NCBI GenBank assembly: GCA_964016885.1
Contig: OZ024740.1
Span: 441,812,001-441,876,000 of the forward strand
DNA length: 64,000 nt
Reading direction: 5' to 3'
Source of the DNA: Eledone cirrhosa
Lineage: Eukaryota
Positions within the stretch are counted from its first letter, which is position 1; the number at the start of each line of letters is the position of its first letter. Made by a program: the position numbers and the translations under genes. Below the pieces are notes generated by a model. The model did not search any database, was not told the DNA's origin, and was given only the letters and a program-made list of their open reading frames with translations. This document shows positions 21,001-39,000 of the stretch, piece by piece.

Positions 21001-24000
21001 TATTACCACAATATACATACGATATATATTACCACAATATACATACGATATATATTACCACAATATATATACGTTATATATTACCACAATATACATACGA
21101 TATATACTACCACAATATATATACGTTATATATTACCACAATATACATACGATAAATACTACCACAATATATATTCGATATATATTACCACAATATATAT
21201 ACGTTATATATTACCACAATATACATACGATATATATTACCACAATATACATACGATATATATTACCACAATATATATAAGATATATATTACCACAATAT
21301 ACATACGATATATATTACCACAATATACATACGCTATATATTACCACAATATATATACGTTATATATTACCACAATATATATACGATATATATTACCACA
21401 ATATACATATGATATGTATTACCACAATATACATACGTTATATATTACCACAATATACATACGGTATATATTACCACAATATATATACGATATATACTAC
21501 AACAATATACATACGATATATATTACCACAATATATATACGATATATATTAATACGATATATAATACCACAATATATATACGACATATACTACCACAATA
21601 TATATACGATATATACTACCACAATATACATACGATATATATTACCACAATATATATACGTTATATATTACCACAATATATATACGATATATATTACCAC
21701 AATATATATACGTTATATATTACCACATACGATATATATTACCACAATATATATATGATATATATTACCACAATATCTATACTTTATATATTATCACAAT
21801 ATACATACGATATATACTACCACAATATACATACGATATATATTACCACAATATACACGATATATATTACCACAATATACATACGGTATATATTACCACA
21901 ATATATATACGATATATATTACCACAATACATATACGATATATATTACCACAATATATATACGATATATATTACCACAATATATATACGTTATATATTAA
22001 TACAATATACATACGAGATGTATTACCACAATATATATACGTTATATACTACCACAATATATATACAGTATCTATTACCACAATATATATATACGATATA
22101 TATTACCACAATATACATACGATATATATTACCACAATATACATACGATATATATTACCACGATATATATACGTTATATATTACCACAATATACATACGA
22201 TATATACTACCACAATATATATACGATATATATAACCACAGTATATATACGTTATATATTACCACAATATACATACGATATATATTACCACGATATATAT
22301 ACGATATATATTACCACAATATACATACGATATATATTACCACAATATACATACAATATATATTACCACAATATACATACGATATATATTACCACAATAT
22401 ACATACAAATATATATTACCACAATATATATACGATATATATTACCACAATATACATACGATATATATTACCACAATATACATACGATATATATTACCAC
22501 AATATACATACGGTATATATTACCACAATATATATACGAAATATATTACCAAAATATACATACAATATATATTACCACAATATACATACCATATATATTA
22601 ATACAATATATATACGATATATATTACCACAAACTACATACGATATACATTACCACAATATACATAAGATATATATTACCACAATACAATATATATACTA
22701 TATATATTACCACAATATATATACGATATATATTACCACAATATATATATACGATATATATTACCACAATATACATACGTTATATATTACCACAATATAT
22801 ATTCGTTATATATTACCACAATATACATACGATATATATTACTACAACATACATACGGTATATATTACCACAATATATATACGATATATATTACCACAAT
22901 ATACATACGACATATATTCCCACAATATACATACGATATATATTACCACAGTATTCATACGATATATACTACCACAATATATATGCGATATATATTACCA
23001 CAATATACATACGTTATATATTACCACAATATATATACGATATATATTACCACAATATATATACGATATATATTACCACAATATATATACGATATATATT
23101 AACACAATATATATACGATATATATTACCACAATATATATACGATATATATTACCACAATATATATACGATATATATTACCACAATATATATACGTTATA
23201 TATTAATACAATATACATACGAGATATATTACCACAATATATATACGTTATATATTACCACAAATATATACGTTATATACTACCACAATATATATACGGT
23301 ATATATTACCACAATATATATACGATATATATTACCCCAATATACATACGATATATATTACCACAATATACATACGATATATATTACCACAATATATATA
23401 CGTTATATATTACCACAATATACATACGATATATACTACCACAATATATATTCGATATATATTACCACAATATATATACGTTATATATTACCACCATATA
23501 CATACGATATATATTACCACAATATACATACGATATATATTACCACAATATATATATGATATATATATTACCACAATATACATACGATATATATTACCAC
23601 GATATATATACGTTATATATTACCACAATATACATACGATATATACTACCACAATATATATACGATATATATTACCACAGTATATATACGTTATATATTA
23701 CCGCAATATACATACGATATATATTACCACAATATGCATACGATATATATTACCACAATATATATAATATATATATTACCACAATATACATACGATATAC
23801 ATTACCACGATATATATACGTTATATATTACCACAATATACATATAATATGTATATACTACCACAATATATATTCGATATATATTACCACAATATATATA
23901 CGTTATATATTACCACAATATACATACGATATATATTACCACAATATACATACGATATATATTACCACAATATATATAAGATATATATATTACCACAATA

Positions 24001-27000
24001 TACATACGATATATATTACCACGATATATATACGTTATATATTACCACAATATACATACGATATATACTACCACAATATATATACGATATATATTACCAC
24101 AGTATATATACGTTATATATTACAACAATATACATACGATATATATTACCACAATATATATACGATATATATTAATACGATATATAATACCACAATATAT
24201 ATACGACATATACTACCACAATATATATACGATATATACTACCACAATATACATACGATATATATTACCACAATATATATACGTTATATATTACCACAAT
24301 ATATATACGATATATATTACCACAATATATATACGTTATATATTACCACATACGATATATATTACCACATTATATATATGATATATATTACCACAATATC
24401 TATACGTTAAATATTATCACAATATACATACGATATATACTACCACAATATACATACGATATATATTACCACAATATACACGATATATATTACCACAATA
24501 TACATACGGTATATATTACCACAATATATATACGATATATATTACCACAATACATATACGATATATATTACCACAATATATATACGATATATATTACCAC
24601 AATATATATACGATATATATTACCACAATATACATACGATATATATTACCACAATATACATACGATATATATTACCCCAATATATATATACGATATATAT
24701 TACCACCATATATATATACGATATATATTACCACAATATATATACGATATATATTACCACAATATACATACGTTATATATTACCACAATATACATGCGTT
24801 ATATATTATCACAATATACATACGATATATACTACCACAATATACATACGATATATATTACCACAATATACATTCGGTATATATTACCACCTTATATATA
24901 CGACATATATTACCACAATATTCATACGATATATATTCCCACGATATACATAGGATATATGTTACCAAAATATACATATGATATATACTACCACAATATA
25001 TATGCGATATATATTACCACAATATACATACGTTATATATTACCACAATATATATACGATATATATTACCACAATATATATACGATATATATTACCACAA
25101 TATATATACGTTATATATTAATACAATATACATACGAGATATATTACCACAATATATATACGTTATATATTACCACAAATATATACGTTATATACTACCA
25201 CAATATATATACGGTATATATTACCACAATATATATACGATATATATTACCACAATATACATACGATATATATTACCACAATATACATACGATATATATT
25301 ACCACAATATATATACGTTATATATTACCACAATATAGATAAGATATATACTACCACAATATATATTCGATATATATTACCACAATATATATACGTTATA
25401 TATTACCACAATATACATACGATATATATTACCACAATATACATACGATATATATTACCACAATATATATAAGATATATATTACCACAATATACATACGA
25501 TATATATTACCACAATATACATACGTTATATATTACCACAATATACATACGGTATATATTACCACAATATATATACGATATATACTACAACAATATACAT
25601 ACGATATATATTACCACAATATATATACGATATATATTAATACGATATATAATACCACAATATATATACGACATAAACTACCACAATATATATACGATAT
25701 ATACTACCACAATATACATACGATATATATTACCACAATATATATACGTTATATATTACCACAATATATATACGATATATATTACCACAATATATATACG
25801 TTATATATTACCACAATATATATTCGATATATATTACCACAATATATATACGTTATATATTACCACCATATACATACGATATATATTACCACAATATACA
25901 TACGATATATATTACCACAATATATATATGATATATATATTACCACAATATACATACGATATATATTACCACGATATATATACGTTATATATTACCACAA
26001 TATACATACGATATATACTACCACAATATATATACGATATATATTACCACAGTATATATACGTTATATATTACCGCAATATACATACGATATATATTACC
26101 ACAATATGCATACGATATATATTACCACAATATATATAATATATATATTACCACAATATACATACGATATATATTACCACGATATATATACGTTATATAT
26201 TACCACAATATACATATAATATGTATATACTACCACAATATATATTCGATATATATTACCACAATATATATACGTTATATATTACCACAATATACATACG
26301 ATATATATTACCACAATATACATACGATATATATTACCACAATATATATAAGATATATATATTACCACAATATACATACGATATATATTACCACGATATA
26401 TATACGTTATATATTACCACAATATACATACGATATATACTACCACAATATATATACGATATATATTACCACAGTATATATACGTTATATATTACAACAA
26501 TATACATACGATATATATTACCACAATATATATACGATATATATTAATACGATATATAATACCACAATATATATACGACATATACTACCACAATATATAT
26601 ACGATATATACTACCACAATATACATACGATATATATTACCACAATATATATACGTTATATATTACCACAATATATATACGATATATATTACCACAATAT
26701 ATATACGTTATATATTACCACATACGATATATATTACCACATTATATATATGATATATATTACCACAATATCTATACGTTAAATATTATCACAATATACA
26801 TACGATATATACTACCACAATATACATACGATATATATTACCACAATATACACGATATATATTACCACAATATACATACGGTATATATTACCACAATATA
26901 TATACGATATATATTACCACAATACATATACGATATATATTACCACAATATATATACGATATATATTACCACAATATATATACGATATATATTACCACAA

Positions 27001-30000
27001 TATACATACGATATATATTACCACAATATACATACGATATATATTACCCCAATATATATATACGATATATATTACCACCATATATATATACGATATATAT
27101 TACCACAATATATATACGATATATATTACCACAATATACATACGTTATATATTACCACAATATACATACGTTATATATTACCACAATATACATACGATAT
27201 ATACTACCACAATATACATACGATATATATTACCACAATATACATTCGGTATATATTACCACCTTATATATACGACATATATTACCACAATATTCATACG
27301 ATATATATTCCCACGATATACATAGGATATATGTTACCACAATATACATATGATATATACTACCACAATATATATGCGATATATATTACCACAATATACA
27401 TACGTTATATATTACCACAATATATATACGATATATATTACCACAATATATATACGATATATATTACCACAATATATATACGTTATATATTAATACAATA
27501 TACATACGAGATATATTACCACAATATATATACGTTATATATTACCACAAATATATACGTTATATACTACCACAATATATATACGGTATATATTACCACA
27601 ATATATATACGATATATATTACCACAATATACATACGATATATATTACCACAATATACATACGATATATATTACCACAATATATATACGTTATATATTAC
27701 CACAATATACATACGATATATACTACCACAATATATATTCGATATATATTACCACAATATATATACGTTATATATTACCACAATATACATACGATATATA
27801 TTACCACAATATACATACGATATATATTACCACAATATATATAAGATATATATTACCACAATATACATACGATATATATTACCACAATATACATACGTTA
27901 TATATTACCACAATATACATACGGTATATATTACCACAATATATATACGATATATACTACAACAATATACATACGATATATATTACCACAATATATATAC
28001 GATATATATTAATACGATATATAATACCACAATATATATACGACATAAACTACCACAATATATATACGATATATACTACCACAATATACATACGATATAT
28101 ATTACCACAATATATATACGTTATATATTACCACAATATATATACGATATATATTACCACAATATATATACGTTATATATTACCACATACGATATATATT
28201 ACCACAATATATATATGATATATATTACCACAATATCTATACGTTATATATTATCACAATATACATACGATATATACTACCACAATATACATACGATATA
28301 TATTACCACAATATACACGATATATATTACCACAATATACATACGGTATATATTACCACAATATATATACGATATATATTAGCACAATACATATACGATA
28401 TATATTACCACAATATATATACGATATATATTACCACAATATATATAAGATATATATTACGACAATATACATACGATATATATTACCACAATATATATAC
28501 GTTATATATTACCACAATATATATACGATATATATTACCACAATATATATACGTTATATATTACCACATACGATATATATTACGACAATATATATATGAT
28601 ATATATTACCACAATATCTATACGTTATATATTATCACAATATACATACGATATATACTACCACAATATACATACGATATATATTACCACAATATACACG
28701 ATATATATTACCACAATATACATACGGTATATATTACCACAATATATATACGATATATATTACCACAATACATATACGATATATATTACCACAATATATA
28801 TACGATATATATTACCACAATATATATACGATATATATTACCACAATATACATACGATATATATTACCACAATATACATACGTTATATATTACCACAATA
28901 TACATACGGTATATATTTCCACAATATATATACGATATATACTACCACAATATATATACGTTATATATTACCACAATATACATACGATATATATTACCAC
29001 AATATACATACGATATATATTACCCCAATATATATACGATATATATTACCACCATATATATACGATATATATTACCACAATATATATACGATATATATTA
29101 CCACAATATACATACGATATATATTACCACAATATACATACGATATATATTACCACAATATATATACGTTATATATTACCACAATATACATACGATATAT
29201 ACTACCACAATATATATTCGATATATATTACCACAATATATATACGTTATATATTACCACAATATACATACGATATATATTACCACATTATACATACGAT
29301 ATATATTACCACAATATATATAAGATATATATTACCACAATATACATACGATATATATTACCACAATATACATACGTTATATATTACCGCAATATACATA
29401 CGTTATATATTACCACAATATATATACGATATATATTACCACAATATACATATGATATGTATTACCACAATATACATACGTTATATATTACCACAATATA
29501 CATACGGTATATATTACCACAATATATATACGATATATACTACAACAATATACATACGATATATATTACCACAATATATATACGATATATATTAATACGA
29601 TATATAATACCACAATATATATACGACATATACTACCACAATATATATACGATATATACTACCACAATATACATACGATATATATTACCACAATATATAT
29701 ACGTTATATATTACCACATACGATATATATTACCACAATGTATATATGATATATATTACCACAATATCTATACGTTATATATTATCACAATATACATACG
29801 ATATATACTACCACAATATACATACGATATATATTACCACAATATACACGATATATATTACCACAATATACATACGGTATATATTACCACAATATATATA
29901 CGATATATATTACCACAATACATATACGATATATATTACCACAATATATATACGATATATATTACCACAATATATATACGATATATATTACCACAATATA

Positions 30001-33000
30001 CATACGATATATATTACCACAATATATATACGTTATATATTACCACAATATATATACGATATATATTACCACAATATATATACGTTATATATTACCACAT
30101 ACGATATATATTACCACAATATATATATGATATATATTACGACAATATCTATACGTTATATATTATCACAATATACATACGATATATACTACCACAATAT
30201 ACATACGATATATACTACCACAATATACATACGATATATATTACCACAATATACACGATATATATTACCACAATATACATACGGTATATATTACCACAAT
30301 ATATATACGATATATATTACCACAATACATATACGATATATATTACCACAATATATATACGATGTATATTACCACAATATATATACGATATATATTACCA
30401 CAATATACATACGATATATATTACCACAATATATATACGTTATATATTACCACAATATATATACGATATATATTACCACAATATATATACGTTATATATT
30501 ACCACATACGATATATATTACCACAATATATATACGATATATATTACCACCATATATATACGATATATATTACCACAATATATATACGATATATATTACC
30601 ACAATATACATACGTTATATATAACCACAATATACATACGTTATATATTACCACAATATACATACGATATATACTACCACAATATACATACGATATATAT
30701 TACCACAATATACATACGGTATATATTACCACAATATATATACGAGATATATTACCACAATATACATACGATATATATTCCCACGATATACATAGGATAT
30801 ATATTACCACAATATACATATGATATATACTATCACAATATATATACGAAATATATTACCACAATATACATACGTTATATATTACCACAATATATATACG
30901 ATATATATTACCACAATATATATACGATATATATTACCACAATATATATACGTTATATATTACCACAATATATATACGTTATATATTACCACAATATACA
31001 TACGATATATATTACCACTATATATATACGTTATATATTACCACAATATACATACGATATATATTACCACAATATACATACGATATATATTACCATAATA
31101 TATATAAGATATATATTACCACAATATACATACGATATGTATTACCACAATATACATACGTTATATATTACCGCAATATATATGTGGTATATATTACCAC
31201 AATATATATACGATACATACTACCACAATATACATACGATGTATATTACCACAATATATATACGATATATATTAATACGATATATATTACCACAATATAT
31301 ATACGATATATACTACCACAATAAATATACGATATATACTACCACAATATACATACGATACATATTACCACAATATATATACGTTATATATTACCACAAT
31401 ATAAATACGATATATATTACCACAATATATATACGTTATATACTACCACAATATACATACGATATATATTACCACAATATATATATGATATATATTACCA
31501 CAACATATATACGATATATATTAATGCAATATACATACGATATATATTACCACAATATATATACGATATATATTACCACAATATATATACGATATATATT
31601 AATACAATATATATACGATATATATTACCACAATATATATACGATATATAGTACCACAATATATATACGATATATACTACCACAATATACATACGATATA
31701 TACTACCACAATATATATACGTTATATATTACCACAATATATATACGATATATATTACCAAAATATATATACGTTATATATTACCACAATATACATACGA
31801 TATATACTACCACAATATACATACGATATATATTACCACAATATACATACGATATATATTACCACAATATACATACGGTATATATTACCACAATATATAT
31901 ACGATATATATTACCACAATACATATACGATATATATTACCATAATATATATACGATATATATTACCACAATATATATACTATATATATTACCACAATAT
32001 ACATACGATATACATTACCACAATATACATACGTTATATATTACCACAATATATACACGGTATATATTACCACAATATACATACGATATATATTACCCCA
32101 ATATATATACGATATATACTACCACAATATACATACGATATATATTACCACAATATATATACGATATATATTACCACAATATACATACGATATATATTAC
32201 CACAATATACATACGATATATATTAATACAATATACATACGATATATACTACGACAATATACATACGTTATATATTACCGCAATATACATACGTTATATA
32301 TTACCACAATATATATACGATATATATTACCACAATATACATATGATATGTATTACCACAATATACATACGTTATATATTACCACAATATACATACGGTA
32401 TATATTACCACAATATATATACGATATATACTACAACAATATACATACGATATATATTACCACAATATATATACGATATATATTAATACGATATATAATA
32501 CCACAATATATATACGACATATACTACCACAATATATATACGATATATACTACCACAATATACATACGATATATATTACCACAATATATATACGTTATAT
32601 ATTACCACATACGATATATATTACCACAATGTATATATGATATATATTACCACAATATCTATACGTTATATATTATCACAATATACATACGATATATACT
32701 ACCACAATATACATACGATATATATTACCACAATATACACGATATATATTACCACAATATACATACGGTATATATTACCACAATATATATACGATATATA
32801 TTACCACAATACATATACGATATATATTACCACAATATATATACGATATATATTACCACAATATATATACGATATATATTACCACAATATACATACGATA
32901 TATATTACCACAATATATATACGTTATATATTACCACAATATATATACGATATATATTACCACAATATATATACGTTATATATTACCACATACGATATAT

Positions 33001-36000
33001 ATTACCACAATATATATATGATATATATTACCACAATATCTATACGTTATATATTATCACAATATACATACGATATATACTACCACAATATACATACGAT
33101 ATATACTACCACAATATACATACGATATATATTAGCACAATATACACGATATATATTACCACAATATACATACGGTATATATTACCACAATATATATACG
33201 ATATATATTACCACAATACATATACGATATATATTACCACAATATATATACGATATATATTACCACAATATATATACGATATATATTACCACAATATACA
33301 TACGATATATATTACCACAATATATATACGTTATATATTACCACAATATATATACGATATATATTACCACAATATATATACGTTATATATTACCACATAC
33401 GATATATATTACCACAATATATATACGATATATATTACCACCATATATATACGATATATATTACCACAATATATATACGATATATATTACCACAATATAC
33501 ATACGTTATATATAACCACAATATACATACGTTATATATTACCACAATATACATACGATATATACTACCACAATATACATACGATATATATTACCACAAT
33601 ATACATACGGTATATATTACCACAATATATATACGAGATATATTACCACAATATACATACGATATATATTCCCACGATATACATAGGATATATATTACCA
33701 CAATATACATATGATATATACTATCACAATATATATACGAAATATATTACCACAATATACATACGTTATATATTACCACAATATATATACGATACATATT
33801 ACCACAATATATATACGATATATATTACCACAATATATATACGTTATATATTACCACAATATATATACGTTATATATTACCACAATATACATACGATATA
33901 TATTACCACTATATATATACGTTATATATTACCACAATATACATACGATATATATTACCACAATATACATACGATATATATTACCATAATATATATAAGA
34001 TATATATTACCACAATATACATACGATATGTATTACCACAATATACATACGTTATATATTACCGCAATATATATGTGGTATATATTACCACAATATATAT
34101 ACGATACATACTACCACAATATACATACGATGTATATTACCACAATATATATACGATATATATTAATACGATATATATTACCACAATATATATACGATAT
34201 ATACTACCACAATAAATATACGATATATACTACCACAATATACATACGATACATATTACCACAATATATATACGTTATATATTACCACAATATAAATACG
34301 ATATATATTACCACAATATATATACGTTATATACTACCACAATATACATACGATATATATTACCACAATATATATATGATATATATTACCACAACATATA
34401 TACGATATATATTAATGCAATATACATACGATATATATTACCACAATATATATACGATATATATTACCACAATATATATACGATATATATTAATACAATA
34501 TATATACGATATATATTACCACAATATATATACGATATATAGTACCACAATATATATACGATATATACTACCACAATATACATACGATATATACTACCAC
34601 AATATATATACGTTATATATTACCACAATATATATACGATATATATTACCACAATATATATACGTTATATATTACCACAATATACATACGATATATACTA
34701 CCACAATATACATACGATATATATTACCACAATATACATACGATATATATTACCACAATATACATACGGTATATATTACCACAATATATATACGATATAT
34801 ATTACCACAATACATATACGATATATATTACCATAATATATATACGATATATATTACCACAATATATATACTATATATATTACCACAATATACATACGAT
34901 ATATATTACCACAATATACATACGTTATATATTACCACAATATACACACGGTATATATTACCACAATATACATACGATATATATTACCCCAATATATATA
35001 CGATATATACTACCACAATATACATACGATATATATTACCACAATATATATACGATATATATTACCACAATATACATACGATATATATTACCACAATATA
35101 CATACGATATATATTAATACAATATACATACGATATATACTACGACAATATACATACGATATATATTACCACGATATACATACGGTATATATTACCACAA
35201 TATATATACGATATATATTACCACAATATACATACGATATATATTACCACAATATACATACGATATATACTACCACAATACATATACGATATATATTACC
35301 ACAATACATATACGATATATATTACCATAATATATATACCATATATATTACCACAATATATATACTATATATATTACCACAATATACATACGATATATAT
35401 TACCACAATATACATACCTTATATATTACCACAATATACACACGGTATATATTACCACAATATACATACGATATATATTACCCCAATATATATACGATAT
35501 ATACTACCACAATATACATACGATATATATTACCACAATATATATACGATATATATTACCACAATATACATACGATATATATTACCACAATATACATACG
35601 ATATATATTAATACAATATACATACGATATATACTACGACAATATACATACGATATATATTACCACGATATACATACGGTATATATTACCACAATATATA
35701 TACGATATATATTACCACAATATACATACGATATATATTACCACAATATACATACGATATATACTACCACAATATATATACGATATATATTACCACAATA
35801 TACATACGTTATATATTACCACAATATATATACGATATATATTACCACAATATATATACGATATATATTACAAACAATATACATACGATATGTATTACCA
35901 CAATATACATACGTTATATATTACCACAATATATATACGGTATATATTACCACAATATATATACGATATATACTACCACAATATACATACGATATATATT

Positions 36001-39000
36001 ACCACAATATATATACGATATATATTAATACGATATATATTACCACAATATATATACGATATATACTACCACAATATATATACGATATATATTACCACAA
36101 TATACATACGATATATATTACCACAATATGCATACGATATATATTAATACAATATATATACGATATATATTACCACAATATACATACGATATATATTACC
36201 ACAATATACATAAGATATATATTACCACAATATATATACGATATATATTACCACAATATATATTCGATATATATTACCACAATATATATACGATATATAT
36301 TACCACAATATACGTACGTTATATATTACCACAATATACATACGTTATATATTACCACAATATACATACGATATATACTACCACAATATACATACGATAT
36401 ATATTACCACGATATACATACGGTATATATTACCACAATATATATACGATATATATTACCACAATATACATACGATATATATTCCCACAATATACATACG
36501 ATATATATTACCACAATATACATACGATATATACTACCACAATATATATACGATATATATTACCACAATATACATACGTTATATATTACCACAATATATA
36601 TACGATATATATTACCACAATATATATACGATATATATTACCACAATATATATACAATATATATTACCACAATATATATACGATATATATTACCACAATA
36701 TATATACAATATATATTACCACAATATATATACGATATATATTACTACAATATATATACGTTATATATTACCACAATATACATACGATATATATTACCAC
36801 AATATACATACGATATATATTACCACAATATATATAAGATATATATTACCACAATATATATACGATATATATTACCACAATATACATACAGTATATATTA
36901 CCACAATATATATACGTTATATATTACCACAATATATATACGATATATATTACCACAATATACATACGATATATATTACCACAATATACATACGTTATAT
37001 ATTACCACAATATATACGGTATATATTACCACAATATATATACGATATATACTACCACAATATACATACGATATATATTACCACAATATATATACGATAT
37101 ATATTAATACGATATATATTACCACAATATATATACGATATATACTACCACAATATATATACGATATATACTACCACAATATACATACGATATATATTAC
37201 CACAAAATATATACGTTATATATTACCACAATATATATACGATATATATTACCACAATATATATACGTTATATACTACCACAATATACATACGATATATA
37301 TTACCACAATATATATATGATATATATTACCACAATATATATACGATATATATTAATACAATATATATACGATATATATTACCACAATATATATACAATA
37401 TATATTACCACAATATATATACGATATATATTACAACAATATATATACAATATATATTACCACAATATATATACGATATATATTACCACAATATATATAC
37501 GATATATATTACCACAATATATATACGATATATATTACCACAATATATATAGGTTATATATTAATACAATATACATACGAGATATATTCCCACAATATAT
37601 ATACGTTATATATTACCACAATATATATACATTATATACTACCACAATATACATACGGTATATATTACCCCAATATATATACGATATATATTACCACAAT
37701 ATACATACGATATATATTACCACAATATACATACGATATATATTACCACAATATATATACGTTATATATTACCACAATATACATACGATATATACAACCA
37801 CAATATATATACGATATATATTACCACAATATATATACGTTATATATTACCACAATATACATACGATATATATTACCACAATATACATACGATATATATT
37901 ACCACAATATATATAAGATATATATTACCACAATATAGATACGATATATATTACCACAATATACATACGTTATATATTACCACAATATATATACGTTATA
38001 TATTACCACAATATATATACGATATATATTACCCCAATATGCGTATGATATATATTACCACAATATACATACGTTATATATTACCACAATATACATACGG
38101 TATATATTACCACAATATATATACGATATATACTACCACAATATATATACGTTATATATTACCACAATATATATACGACATATATTACCACAATATACAT
38201 ACGTTATATACTACCACAATATACATACGATATATATTACCACAATATATATATGATATATATTACCACAATATATATACGATATGTATTAATACAATAT
38301 ACATACGATATATATTACCAGAATATATATACGATATATATTACCACAATATATATCCGATATATACTACCACAATATACATACGATATATATTACCACA
38401 ATATACATACGATATATATTACCACAATATACATACGGTATATATTACCAAAATATATATACGATATATATTACCACAATATATATACGATATATATTAC
38501 CACAATATATATACGATATATATTACCACAATATATATACGATATATATTACCACAATATACATACGATATATATTACAACAATATACTTACGTTATATA
38601 TTACCACAATATATATACGGTATATATTACCACAATATATATACGATATATACTACCACAATATACATACGATATATATTATCACAATATATATAGGATA
38701 TATATTAATACGATATATATTACCACAATATATATACGATATATACTACCACAATATATATACGATATATACTACCACAATATACATACGATATATATTA
38801 CCACAAAATATATTCGTTATATATTACCACAATATATATACGATATATATTACCACAATATATATACGTTATATACTACCACAATATACATACGATATAT
38901 ATTACCACAATATATATATGATATATATTACCACAATATATATACGATATATATTAATACAATATATATACGATATATATTACCACAATATATATACGAT